Notes: generated by a model from the letters alone, not told the origin. Counted from the first letter of the stretch, positions 29,230-38,011 are shown. The stretch is 64,000 nt of DNA from Candidatus Azotimanducaceae bacterium (GCA_965203685.1 OZ241908.1:2848940-2912939); one strand, 5' to 3'. A program made the numbers and translations.

Positions 29230-29954
29230 TCGACGCCGTCGAGAAACAGCACGGTGACCTTGGGTGGCACCCCGATCTGCAAACTGGCCCGGATACGCCG
29301 CTCGCCGGGCGCCTTGTTCATCTGTTCGTAGATCCATCGGCCGTCTACGTCGCTCGCCGCGCGGATGGTAACCCGCGCATTCGCCTGCCTCGCCTTGCGA
29401 CCGATCCGCTTGAGTTGCGCCGCCGTGCCGGGCGACCTGCCGCGTACAGCGGACTGCACGAGAGACACTGATTCACGCCGTGCATTCGCCAGCAGTTCGA
29501 CCTGTCGGCGCAACGCAGTGATACCGAGGTGGTCCCCATCCACGATGCTGGCCCGGTCGAGCATGCTGCGCGCCGACGCCCAACGCTCGCGCTCGATCGC
29601 GCGGTTTGCCAAGGCCAGGTAACTCTCCACGATGCGCTCGAAACCCCGACGGGCGAGCGGGTGGTCTGGCGCCAACGCCAAGGCCTCGCGAAAGTAGTGG
29701 TACGCGCTGTCTTGCTCCGGCGTCAGGAGCCGATCTTCGGCAAGCGCGGCGTCGGCAGCGTCCAGGAGCGCGTAGAGGCCGTCCTCGTCGTACGCCGGGG
29801 TCGGTTCAGGCGGTGCCTCGATCGGTGGCTCGCCGGGCACTGCCGGCGGCGTCCCTGGGCGCTCCGGCGGCGGCGCGACGCAGGCCGCCAATACGGCCAT
29901 GATGGGCAGCCAACGCAACGGCCGATTGACGCGCCCCGAATGGCGCGAAGTCAT
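29226..29954 (-). CDS. Hypothetical lipoprotein (Pro-rich linker plus helical TPR-like segment)
   Basis: Signal peptide with lipobox LAAC. It is ATGA-coupled on both sides. Confidence 0.55.
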   Translation of the reverse strand: MTSRHSGRVNRPLRWLPIMAVLAACVAPPPERPGTPPAVPGEPPIEAPPEPTPAYDEDGLYALLDAADAALAEDRLLTPEQDSAYHYFREALALAPDHPLARRGFERIVESYLALANRAIERERWASARSMLDRASIVDGDHLGITALRRQVELLANARRESVSLVQSAVRGRSPGTAAQLKRIGRKARQANARVTIRAASDVDGRWIYEQMNKAPGERRIRASLQIGVPPKVTVLFLDGVE

Positions 29955-31036
29955 TCCTCGGCTGAATCGGCCGGTCCTTCCAGCGCGCCCAGCACCTTCG
30001 CGCGCTGAACGCGATGGCGCCGGGCCAACTCGCGCATATCCGTCGTCGCGTCCGTCTCATCGACGATCTCCAAGCCGAGCAGGGTCTCGATGACATCCTC
30101 CATGGATACGATTCCCGCCATGCCGCCAAACTCGTCGAGTACCACCGCCAAGTGCTCCTGGCGCGCACGCAAGGCGTTGAAGAGGTCGGTGATGGCGTAC
30201 GTCTCGCCGACGGCCACGATCTCGCGGCGCACGGTGGCAATCGTCTGGTCGCCACGTCCCTCGACCATCGCCATCAGCAGGTCGGACCGCAAAACGTAGC
30301 CCGTGATGTGGTCTTTCGACTCGTCATGGACCGGTATGCGGGAGAACGGGAGGACTTTCGCCTCCTTGTAGTACTCGGAAATGGTCTCGTCTTCCGCGGC
30401 CACCTCGACGACCGTACGGGGCGTCATGACATCTCCGACTTGAATCGTCTGGAAGCGGATCAGATGGCCGATCATCTCGCTCTCTTCCTCTTCGAACACG
30501 CCCTCCTGGGCACCGAGTTCCGCCATCGCCACGAAATCGGTGCGCGTCAAGATCGGTTGGGTCGTGCCGCGTTTCAGCCGGCGGGTGATGTACTGGCTCA
30601 GCCAAATGAAGGGTGCCAGCCCCACGGTCAACATCCGGAGCGAGTGGGCGGTGAACGTGACGAAATACTGCCAATACAGTGCGCCGATCGTCTTGGGCAC
30701 GATTTCCGAGAAAACGAGTATCGCGATGGTCATGGTCGCAGGGACCACGATCCGGGTAATCCAAGGATTCGCCTGTGCCCAAAGCGCCGACGCCTGGTCA
30801 CCTACGCCTATGGCCCCAACGGTGTGCGCAATGGTATTGAGCGTGAGGATCGCGGCCAGCGGACGGTCCACGTTGGCCTTGAAGTCTTCGAGATAGCGGC
30901 CGACACGCGTACCTTGCTGGAATTCCAGGCGCGCATGGCTCGGCGTGATGCTGAGTAGCACAGCCTCCCATAGCGAGCAGAAGAACGAAAAGACGAGGGC
31001 GAGGAAAAAGAACGAAATCAGCAGGCTGTACATCAA
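29951..31036 (-). CDS. CNNM/DUF21 transmembrane domain plus CBS-pair protein (HlyC/CorC family)
   Basis: N-terminal DUF21-type TM domain followed by a CBS pair. At 361 aa it apparently lacks the CorC_HlyC C-terminal domain. Confidence 0.85.
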   Translation of the reverse strand: MMYSLLISFFFLALVFSFFCSLWEAVLLSITPSHARLEFQQGTRVGRYLEDFKANVDRPLAAILTLNTIAHTVGAIGVGDQASALWAQANPWITRIVVPATMTIAILVFSEIVPKTIGALYWQYFVTFTAHSLRMLTVGLAPFIWLSQYITRRLKRGTTQPILTRTDFVAMAELGAQEGVFEEEESEMIGHLIRFQTIQVGDVMTPRTVVEVAAEDETISEYYKEAKVLPFSRIPVHDESKDHITGYVLRSDLLMAMVEGRGDQTIATVRREIVAVGETYAITDLFNALRARQEHLAVVLDEFGGMAGIVSMEDVIETLLGLEIVDETDATTDMRELARRHRVQRAKVLGALEGPADSAEE

Positions 31037-31167
31037 CGGAACCTGCAGCCGGGGCGCGGACAGCTCGGTTTCGCACCCGGTTCGTCATCAGCGACCATGG
31101 GCATGATTGTAGCGACAGATTCTGCCCAAAGCGCAATACCCCGTTTCCGGGATCGATACCTCGACCG

Positions 31168-31229
31168 CCGGGGAGCGCGAGGGGCTTGCCCCTCGCATGA
31201 AAGAGCAGCGTGAGGGGCTTGCCCCGCCC
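31168..31229. repeat. REP-like palindromic element, copy 2, plus a degenerate adjacent copy
   Basis: The sequence is CCGGGGAGCGCGAGGGGCTTGCCCCTCGCATGAAAGAG, with the palindrome at 31177-31196. A degenerate copy GCGTGAGGGGCTTGCCCCGCCC follows at 31208-31229. Confidence 0.8.
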
Positions 31230-31376
31230 ACAACAGAGTTGAGACGACTGGGCCTATGCCGCGCAGCCTAGCGGCAGATTGCATGCCGAGCCCAATCGTG
31301 AGAAAAACTCGCCGCCAAGACACCCGGAAACGGGGCAGCCAACAGTGGTGACAGCATACGACAGGCTTACCGTACA

Positions 31377-31946
31377 TTGCCAAGCATCTCCCCACCCAGT
31401 CCCGTAGGCCGAGAAGCGCGCCTCCACCACCCCAAGGCGGGCGTTCGTGGGGTTCTGGCCTTGATTTGCCTGCTCGTTGCGGCCGCGGATCACGCCGCGC
31501 CACAGCGGGCTAAGGATCCGCTGTCGAGCGAGGTCGAGTTCCTCAGCGTCGACGAAGCCTTCGTGCTGTCCGCGCGGTGGACCGACGATGGACAACTCGT
31601 CGTGCGCTGGGACATGCCCGACGGCTACTACCTCTATCGGCATGCGTTCTCCGTGGAAGGCGACGACGTTGGTCTCGGGCAGGTCGTCATTCCCGCCGGG
31701 GAGCCCAAGGTCGACGAGTACTTCGGCGACTCCGAGGTCTACTACGGGCGAGTGGAGTTGACCGTGCCGATCGACGCTGCCGCCGAGCCGATTTTCGGGC
31801 GCTCGCGTATCCAGGTGGCCTACCAGGGCTGTGCCGACTACGGCCTGTGCTATCCCCCGCAGCGCCGATCGATCGCCTTCGCCCGCGACGGTTCGCTCGA
31901 GATCGCAAAGTCGCCGGCCCACGCGGGGAAAGCCGACGTGCGATAA
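31377..31946 (+). CDS. DsbD N-terminal (alpha) domain protein; no membrane or thioredoxin domains
   Basis: Signal peptide and the catalytic motif [13 protein letters not shown] of DsbD-alpha. The ORF stops about 28 aa later, where full-length DsbD would enter TM1. Confidence 0.8.
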   Translation: MPSISPPSPVGREARLHHPKAGVRGVLALICLLVAAADHAAPQRAKDPLSSEVEFLSVDEAFVLSARWTDDGQLVVRWDMPDGYYLYRHAFSVEGDDVGLGQVVIPAGEPKVDEYFGDSEVYYGRVELTVPIDAAAEPIFGRSRIQVAYQGCADYGLCYPPQRRSIAFARDGSLEIAKSPAHAGKADVR

Positions 31947-31986
31947 TCGCCGCTGCTCGGATGGTCGGCATGGCAGCCACAAAGTT

Positions 31987-32427
31987 TTGGCGAAGCTCCT
32001 CGTTCTACACGGCCCGAACCTGAACCTGCTCGGCACTCGGGAACCGGACCACTACGGCCATGAAACATTGGCAATGATCGATGCCCGGCTGCACGCGCAG
32101 GCGGCGGCGGCCGGCCATGAATTGACCACGCTGCAGAGCAACGCCGAACATGTGCTGGTGGACGCCGTGCAGCAGGCGCACGCCGATGGCGTTGCGTTCA
32201 TCGTCATCAACCCGGCGGCGTTCACGCACACCAGCGTCGCCCTGCGCGATGCCCTGCTGGCGGTCGACATCCCGTTCGTCGAGGTGCATCTGTCCAACGT
32301 CCACAGTCGCGAGGACTTCCGCAGGCACTCGTACTTCTCGGACATCGCGCGCGGCGTGGTCGCAGGACTCGGCGCGGATGGCTATGCCTCGGCCCTGGCA
32401 ACCGCCATTCGAGCGGTCAACCCGTAA
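31987..32427 (+). CDS. aroQ: 3-dehydroquinate dehydratase, type II
   Basis: Motifs [32 protein letters not shown] and [18 protein letters not shown] start is inferred at 31987; the track ORF begins far upstream. Confidence 0.9.
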   Translation: MAKLLVLHGPNLNLLGTREPDHYGHETLAMIDARLHAQAAAAGHELTTLQSNAEHVLVDAVQQAHADGVAFIVINPAAFTHTSVALRDALLAVDIPFVEVHLSNVHSREDFRRHSYFSDIARGVVAGLGADGYASALATAIRAVNP

Positions 32428-32449
32428 AGAACGACTAAAGGAGTCACGC

Positions 32450-32890
32450 GTGGATCTGCGCAAGGTCAAGCGATTCATCGAACTGGCGGAGACAACCGGT
32501 CTTGCCGAACTCGAGGTCCGCTCCAGCCGCGGAACCGGCGAGGAGCGCGTTGATGAGCACGTTCGGATCGTGCGCAGCGCACGACCATCAACAAACAGTG
32601 CACCCGCCCAGGCCGACACCGTAGCGCCCCCAACCGAAGTGCCGCCTGCGACGCCGGGGCATGTCGTTCCCGCGCCCATGTCCGGGACGTTCTATCGCGC
32701 ACCGGCGCCTGGTGAGGCGCCATTTGTCGAGGCCGGCGACACGGTCGCTGTTGGCGACGTCCTGTGCATCATCGAAAGCATGAAGATGATGAACCAGATC
32801 GAGTCGGAGGTGGCCGGCCAGGTGTCGGCCGTGCTCGTGGCGGACGGCGTACCGATCGAAACCGGTGCCCCCCTTTTTCGCGTCGTCTGA
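32450..32890 (+). CDS. accB: Acetyl-CoA carboxylase biotin carboxyl carrier protein
   Basis: Biotinyl-lysine motif [11 protein letters not shown] 32450 lies behind AAAGGAG. Confidence 0.9.
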   Translation: MDLRKVKRFIELAETTGLAELEVRSSRGTGEERVDEHVRIVRSARPSTNSAPAQADTVAPPTEVPPATPGHVVPAPMSGTFYRAPAPGEAPFVEAGDTVAVGDVLCIIESMKMMNQIESEVAGQVSAVLVADGVPIETGAPLFRVV

Positions 32891-32896
32891 CCCGCC

Positions 32897-33727
32897 ATGC
32901 CTTGGTTGCGTCTGTGCGTGACCACGCCGCGTAACTGCGCTGAGGCCACCGAGGGCCGGCTGCGCGGGGCGGGAGCGGTTGCGGTGTCGCTGCTACCGGC
33001 CGAGTCGGCAGCGAGCGTTCTGGAGCCCCGCCCCAGCGCACAGCCGTTGTGGGACAGCGTCAGCATCGAAGCGCTCTTTCCAGTCGACTGCGATCTCGCG
33101 CCCCTGCGTGGCCTGGGGGCGACTGCTGATTTCGTCGCCGACCGGGACTGGTCGGAGACCTGGCGCCAGGACCTCGGCCCGATGCGGTTCGGTCGGCTAC
33201 TGGTGCTGCCTAGGGACGATCCTCGGCCACCAGCGGACACCTGCACAATCCGCATGGACCCCGGATTGGCGTTCGGAACCGGGCAGCATCCGACCACCGC
33301 GATGTGCCTGGATTGGCTCGGCCGAACACCGCTGACCGATAGGCGCGTCCTCGACGTCGGCTGCGGATCCGGGATCCTAGCGATCGCTGCGGCCCGTCTC
33401 GGCGCAGCGGCGGTGGTCGCCGTGGACCACGACGCCCAGGCCCGCCAAGCGACCCTGGACAACGCGCACGCCAACGATGTCCGACTGACCGTCGTGGATG
33501 ATCTGGCAGCAGCCCAGGATGGGTTCCACGTCGCCCTCGCCAACATCGTCGCCAACACGCTCTGCGACATGGCACCGGATCTCACTCGGCGTGCCCACAC
33601 GTTGGTGTTGAACGGTGTCTTGCCGGACCAGGTGGACGAGGTCGTCGCCGCGTATCCAGGAGTGCGCTTCGATCCGCCCGAGGTGCGCAGCGGCTGGGCC
33701 ATGCTCGTCGGGGTCCGCCGTGGGTGA
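32897..33727 (+). CDS. prmA: Ribosomal protein L11 methyltransferase
   Basis: N-terminus MPWLRL, with GTGQHPTT and the SAM motif [13 protein letters not shown]. Confidence 0.9.
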   Translation: MPWLRLCVTTPRNCAEATEGRLRGAGAVAVSLLPAESAASVLEPRPSAQPLWDSVSIEALFPVDCDLAPLRGLGATADFVADRDWSETWRQDLGPMRFGRLLVLPRDDPRPPADTCTIRMDPGLAFGTGQHPTTAMCLDWLGRTPLTDRRVLDVGCGSGILAIAAARLGAAAVVAVDHDAQARQATLDNAHANDVRLTVVDDLAAAQDGFHVALANIVANTLCDMAPDLTRRAHTLVLNGVLPDQVDEVVAAYPGVRFDPPEVRSGWAMLVGVRRG

Positions 33728-33825
33728 GCCCTCAGCCGGGGAGCGCGAGGGGCCTGCCCCTCGCAAGAAAGAGCCCTCAGCCGGGGAGCGCGAGGGGCCT
33801 GCCCCTCGTATGAAAGAGCCCTCAC
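33726..33825. repeat. 45-bp tandem duplication (2.2 copies) of the REP-like element
   Basis: Unit GAGCCCTCAGCCGGGGAGCGCGAGGGGCCTGCCCCTCGCAAGAAA at 33726-33770. A second unit at 33771-33815 differs by CAAG to TATG. A partial third unit lies at 33816-33825. The palindromes are at 33745-33764 and 33790-33809. Confidence 0.9.
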
Positions 33826-34553
33826 CTGGGCCACTCACCTGCACCTGTCCCGCGTGCGAGACGCGATTCCGGGTCACCGCGGAGCAACTCGGCGTCGCCA
33901 ACGGTCGTGTTCGCTGCGGAGCCTGCCTGACGGTCTTCGATTGCAGCCATCTCTTGACGCGAGGAGAAGCCGAGGAGGACATCCACATCGAGGCCGAGCC
34001 AGGGGACACGGGAGACAACAGACCCGCGATCGTGCCGACCCCGGCGGGCCGCACGGTTGCCCGGAGGGGGCGCGACCGCACCGCTGCGTCAACGCCGGTC
34101 GGGCCGTTCGCAACGGCCTACACCGCCGGGGCCGTCCTTCTCGCGGCGCTCGTGCTCGGCTTGATGTACCCCGCATGGTCGCAACAACCCACGCTACGCG
34201 GCGTCTACCAAGCCGCCTGTGCCATCGTAGCGTGCGAACTGCAGCCGCTGCGCGCCCTCGACGCGATCGCGGTCAAGCCACTGCCGGCAGAGCGCCGGGA
34301 CGGACCGCCGCCGAGCCTGTCCGTGCCCGTGGAATTGTCGAACCAGGCACCGTTCGACCAGCCGTTCCCGGTGCTCGCTGTGCGCATTCTCAGCACGGAC
34401 GGCCGCGACCTCGCCGAGCAACGCCTAGCCCCGAAGGACTACCTGCCAAGAGGACACTCACTTAAGATGGCCCCCAACGACCCCGTGACTATCGACTTGC
34501 AGCTCGAAGACCCCGGTGGCGACGCCGCCCGCTACATGCTGTCGGCCCTGTAG
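33810..34553 (+). CDS. MJ0042-type zinc-ribbon plus DUF3426 domain protein
   Basis: Zinc ribbon CPACETRFRV...VRCGACLTVFDC, one TM helix, and a DUF3426-like C-terminus (LSNQAPFDQPFPVLAVRIL...PKDYL). The likely ATG 33810 lies inside repeat copy 2. The track ORF starts at 33615, inside prmA. Confidence 0.75.
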   Translation: MKEPSPGPLTCTCPACETRFRVTAEQLGVANGRVRCGACLTVFDCSHLLTRGEAEEDIHIEAEPGDTGDNRPAIVPTPAGRTVARRGRDRTAASTPVGPFATAYTAGAVLLAALVLGLMYPAWSQQPTLRGVYQAACAIVACELQPLRALDAIAVKPLPAERRDGPPPSLSVPVELSNQAPFDQPFPVLAVRILSTDGRDLAEQRLAPKDYLPRGHSLKMAPNDPVTIDLQLEDPGGDAARYMLSAL

Positions 34554-35138
34554 ATGACGACCCAGGTCAAGCGCGCCTTGGTCAGCGTGTCCGACAAGTC
34601 GGGGATCGTTCCTTTCGCGCGCGCCTTGGCGGATCTCGGCGTCGAAATCCTATCCACGGGAGGCACCCATCGGACCTTGATCGACGCCGATGTGGCTGCG
34701 GCCGAGGTTTCGTCCGTGACCGGCTTTCCGGAAATCATGGATGGTCGGGTCAAGACACTCCATCCCAAGATCCACGGCGGCATCCTGGCGCGGCGGCACT
34801 TGGATGGTGCGACGATGGCTACCCACGGCATCGTCGGCATCGACCTCGTCGCGGTCAACCTGTACCCCTTCGAGCGCACGATTGCGCAACCGGATTGCAC
34901 CCTTGAGCAGGCCATCGAGAACATCGACATCGGCGGACCCGCCATGCTGCGTTCCGCAGCCAAGAACCACCGCGACGTCCTAGTCGTTGTCGACCCGTCG
35001 GACTATCCCGCCGTGATCGCCATGCTCCGTTCCGGGGGGGCCAGTCCGAACGAACGCTTGGGGATGGCGTTGAAGGCCTTCCGCCACACCGCCGCCTACG
35101 ACGCCGCGATCGCCCGCTACCTCGGAGACCAACAATGA
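34554..35138 (+). CDS. purH: IMP cyclohydrolase (MGS-like) domain of PurH only; AICAR transformylase domain absent
   Basis: Motifs [29 protein letters not shown] and [16 protein letters not shown]. The protein ends at ...[17 protein letters not shown], which is the inter-domain boundary. Its stop overlaps the purD ATG. Confidence 0.85.
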   Translation: MTTQVKRALVSVSDKSGIVPFARALADLGVEILSTGGTHRTLIDADVAAAEVSSVTGFPEIMDGRVKTLHPKIHGGILARRHLDGATMATHGIVGIDLVAVNLYPFERTIAQPDCTLEQAIENIDIGGPAMLRSAAKNHRDVLVVVDPSDYPAVIAMLRSGGASPNERLGMALKAFRHTAAYDAAIARYLGDQQ

Positions 35139-36427
35139 AGGTGATGATCGTAGGTTCCGGCGGCCGCGAGCACGCCTTGGCCTGGACGGTTGCGCGTTCG
35201 CCGCAGGTCGAAGCAGTCCTAGTCGCACCCGGAAACCCGGGCACGGCCGCCGAGGGCGGGACCATCCGCAACGTGCCCATCGATGTCGACGATTTCGACG
35301 CACTCGCCGATCTCGCCGAGGTACAAGGCGTGGACCTTGCGATCGTCGGCCCCGAGGCGCCGCTGGCCGCGGGCATTCGGGATCACTTCGATGCCAGGCA
35401 CCTCGCGTGTTTCGCGCCGACGCAAGCGGCTGCGCAACTCGAGAGCTCGAAGTCGTTCGCGAAGTCGTTCATGGCCCGCCACGGCATTCCAACCGCGGCG
35501 CACGCGACGTTCTCCGACAGCGGAGCGGCCGAGGACTACATCCGCTCCCAAGGTGCACCCATCGTGGTCAAGGCGGACGGCCTCGCCGCTGGCAAAGGCG
35601 TGGTCGTTGCGCAAGACGTCGAAGAAGCGGTGGGCGCAGCGCGCGACATGCTCTCGGGTGAGCGTTTCGGCGAGGCCGGACGCCAGGTCGTTGTCGAAGA
35701 GTTCCTAGCCGGGGAAGAGGCCAGCTTCACCTGCGTGGTCGATGGCAGACAAGCCCTTCCGCTCGCCAGTTCCCAGGATCACAAGGCCCGCGACGAAGGC
35801 GACACCGGCCCGAACACCGGCGGTATGGGGGCCTACTCGCCCGCGCCGGTGGTCACCGAAACGGTCCACGACCGCGTGATGGCCGAGATCATCGACCCAA
35901 CCGTCCACGGCATGGCCGCCGAAGGCATGCCTTACCAAGGCTTCCTGTACGCGGGTCTAATGGTCGCCCCGGACGGTGCGCCGCGCGTCGTCGAGTACAA
36001 CTGCCGATTCGGCGATCCCGAAGCACAACCCGTGCTGACGCGCCTGCGCTCGGACCTGGCTGAGCTCTGCCAAAAGGCGCTCGGCGACGGTGTCTCCGGC
36101 ATGACGCTCGACTGGGATCCGCGCCCTGCCCTCGGCGTCGTCCTCGCCGCTGGCGGCTATCCCCTCGCCTACTCGAGTGGGGATCCGATCACCGGCCTCG
36201 ATGCCGATCTGGCCGACACCAAGGTCTTCCACGCCGGCACGCGCTCGGACAACGGCGATGTCGTGACCAGCGGCGGCCGGGTGCTCGCGGTGGTCGGCCT
36301 AGGCGACGACATCGTCGCCGCGCAAGCCAAGGCCTACGCGAGGGTGGCGCGGATCGGCTGGCGCGGCATGCAGTACCGGCGCGACATCGGCTACCGCGCG
36401 CTCGCGCGACTCGACAGCGGCGGGTGA
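35135..36427 (+). CDS. purD: Phosphoribosylamine-glycine ligase
   Basis: [17 protein letters not shown] with an ATP-grasp body; full length at 430 aa. Confidence 0.95.
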   Translation: MKVMIVGSGGREHALAWTVARSPQVEAVLVAPGNPGTAAEGGTIRNVPIDVDDFDALADLAEVQGVDLAIVGPEAPLAAGIRDHFDARHLACFAPTQAAAQLESSKSFAKSFMARHGIPTAAHATFSDSGAAEDYIRSQGAPIVVKADGLAAGKGVVVAQDVEEAVGAARDMLSGERFGEAGRQVVVEEFLAGEEASFTCVVDGRQALPLASSQDHKARDEGDTGPNTGGMGAYSPAPVVTETVHDRVMAEIIDPTVHGMAAEGMPYQGFLYAGLMVAPDGAPRVVEYNCRFGDPEAQPVLTRLRSDLAELCQKALGDGVSGMTLDWDPRPALGVVLAAGGYPLAYSSGDPITGLDADLADTKVFHAGTRSDNGDVVTSGGRVLAVVGLGDDIVAAQAKAYARVARIGWRGMQYRRDIGYRALARLDSGG

Positions 36428-36780
36428 TAGATGATCTGCAGGCTTGTCCCCTCCGGGTCGCGGCAGTAGAAGCTACGGGCGCCATCGCGATGGGTTCGGG
36501 GTGGCGCGTCGACAGCCACGCCATGGGCCGTCAGGTAGTCGTGCCAGCGATCGACGTCCTCCGGCTCATCGATGATGAAGCCGATGTGGTCCAGGCGCTG
36601 ACCGGTCTCGGCCACGACCCCAGTCGCGCGGTGGATCGCCAAGTTGTCCCGCCCGGACGTCAGGTAGACGTTGTCGGCGTCGGGCTGCCATTCGACGCGT
36701 AGCCCCAGGAGGTCGCGGTAGAAGCCGACCGTGGACTCGAACTGGCGCGCGTGCAGGGCGACGTGATGCATGCCGGCCAT
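36391..36780 (-). CDS. VOC (glyoxalase/bleomycin resistance/dioxygenase) family protein
   Basis: MHHVALHARQFE...FYRDLLGL...LDHIGF. Start ATG 36780. The 3' end overlaps purD convergently by 37 nt. Confidence 0.8.
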   Translation of the reverse strand: MAGMHHVALHARQFESTVGFYRDLLGLRVEWQPDADNVYLTSGRDNLAIHRATGVVAETGQRLDHIGFIIDEPEDVDRWHDYLTAHGVAVDAPPRTHRDGARSFYCRDPEGTSLQIIYHPPLSSRASAR

Positions 36781-36800
36781 CGGCGGGCGCTTGTGCCCGC

Positions 36801-37220
36801 TCACGCCTCGGTCACCTCGAAGTCGTGGGTGACCGCAACGCCGGCCCGTTCGAGCATGATCGATGCCGAGCAGTACTTGGCCGCGGTCAACGCGATGGCG
36901 CGCTCCACCTTGCGCCGGTCGATGCCACGCCCGGTGATCTTGAAGTGAAGGTGTATGCGGGTGAACACCTTGGGATCGGTCTCGGCGCGCTCGGCTTCGA
37001 TGTCCGTGACGCAGTCCACGATGTCCTGCCGTCCACGCCGCAGGATGTTGACGACGTCGAACGACGTGCAACCGCCGACACCAAGGAGCATCAACTCCAT
37101 CGGTCGAACGCCCGCGTTGCGACCGCCGAACTCGGGTGGACCGTCGATGGCGACGCGGTGGCCGCTATCGGGCGTGCCCGTGAACTGAACGTCGCCGGTC
37201 CAGCGAATCGACGCTTTCAC
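36801..37220 (-). CDS. OsmC/Ohr family protein
   Basis: 139 aa with an OsmC-like sequence containing the paired Cys (GGCTSFD ... AAKYCSAS). Confidence 0.85.
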   Translation of the reverse strand: MKASIRWTGDVQFTGTPDSGHRVAIDGPPEFGGRNAGVRPMELMLLGVGGCTSFDVVNILRRGRQDIVDCVTDIEAERAETDPKVFTRIHLHFKITGRGIDRRKVERAIALTAAKYCSASIMLERAGVAVTHDFEVTEA

Positions 37221-38011
37221 GGTTGGCTGTGCCCGAACAGGCGCCGCAGCGCGGCACCCGGATCCGCCGCGCGCATGAACGCGGTGCCTACAAGGAAGGC
37301 ATGGACGCCTGCGTCGCGCATACGGCAGACGTCCCCCGGCGTATGGATGCCGCTCTCGGTCACGACGCGGATATCTTCGGGCACGTCGTCGAGCATATCC
37401 AAGGTGGTCTCGAGGCTGGTGGTGAATGTCGCAAGGTCCCGGTTGTTGATGCCCACGACGCGCGGCTCGAGTGCCAGTGCCCGCTCGAGTTCCGCCCGGT
37501 CGTGCACCTCGATCAAGATGTCGAGACCGATCTCTTCCGCGAGCCTGTTGAGTTCGACGAGTTCGCCATGTTCTAGAGCCGCCGCGATGAGCAGAAGGCA
37601 GTCCGCCCCGAGCGCGCGCGTCTCGTAGACCTGGTACTCCTCGACGATGAAATCCTTGCGCAAGACCGGCAGTGCACAGGCGCCCCGGGCGGCTACGAGA
37701 TGGGCGTCGTCACCCTGGAAGAAGCGTTGGTCAGTAAGCACGGAGAGGCAACTCGCTCCCGCCGCCGCGTAGCCTGACGCGATGGCTCGCGGGTCGAACT
37801 GCGCGCGGATCACGCCCTCGCTCGGGGATGCCTTCTTGATTTCCGCGATTACGGCCGGGCGGTCAGCCACGATCCGATCCGCGAACGGTCGCGTCGGCGC
37901 CGCGTTCTCCGCGTCGCGGCGGACTTCGGCAAGCGGCCGAACGGTCTTTAGTGCATGCGTTTCTGCGCGCTTGTGCTCGATGATCGCTTCGAGGATCTTG
38001 GCGCCGCTCAC
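37217..38011 (-). CDS. trpC: Indole-3-glycerol phosphate synthase
   Basis: IAEIKKASPSEG, LSVLTD..FF.G and other TrpC motifs. It overlaps both trpD and the OsmC gene. Confidence 0.95.
   Translation of the reverse strand: MSGAKILEAIIEHKRAETHALKTVRPLAEVRRDAENAAPTRPFADRIVADRPAVIAEIKKASPSEGVIRAQFDPRAIASGYAAAGASCLSVLTDQRFFQGDDAHLVAARGACALPVLRKDFIVEEYQVYETRALGADCLLLIAAALEHGELVELNRLAEEIGLDILIEVHDRAELERALALEPRVVGINNRDLATFTTSLETTLDMLDDVPEDIRVVTESGIHTPGDVCRMRDAGVHAFLVGTAFMRAADPGAALRRLFGHSQP

Noticed and set aside
33726-33825. The 45-bp tandem repeat considered as a mini-CRISPR array.
   Set aside because: There are only 2.2 directly abutting copies with no spacers. The repeat is the same REP-like palindrome found singly at 13.4 and 31.2 kb, and there are no cas genes.
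36391-36427. The 37-nt convergent overlap of the purD and VOC gene 3' ends, considered as a possible frameshift or annotation problem.
   Set aside because: Both proteins look full length with intact C-terminal family sequence. Short convergent overlaps are common in compact G+C-rich genomes.
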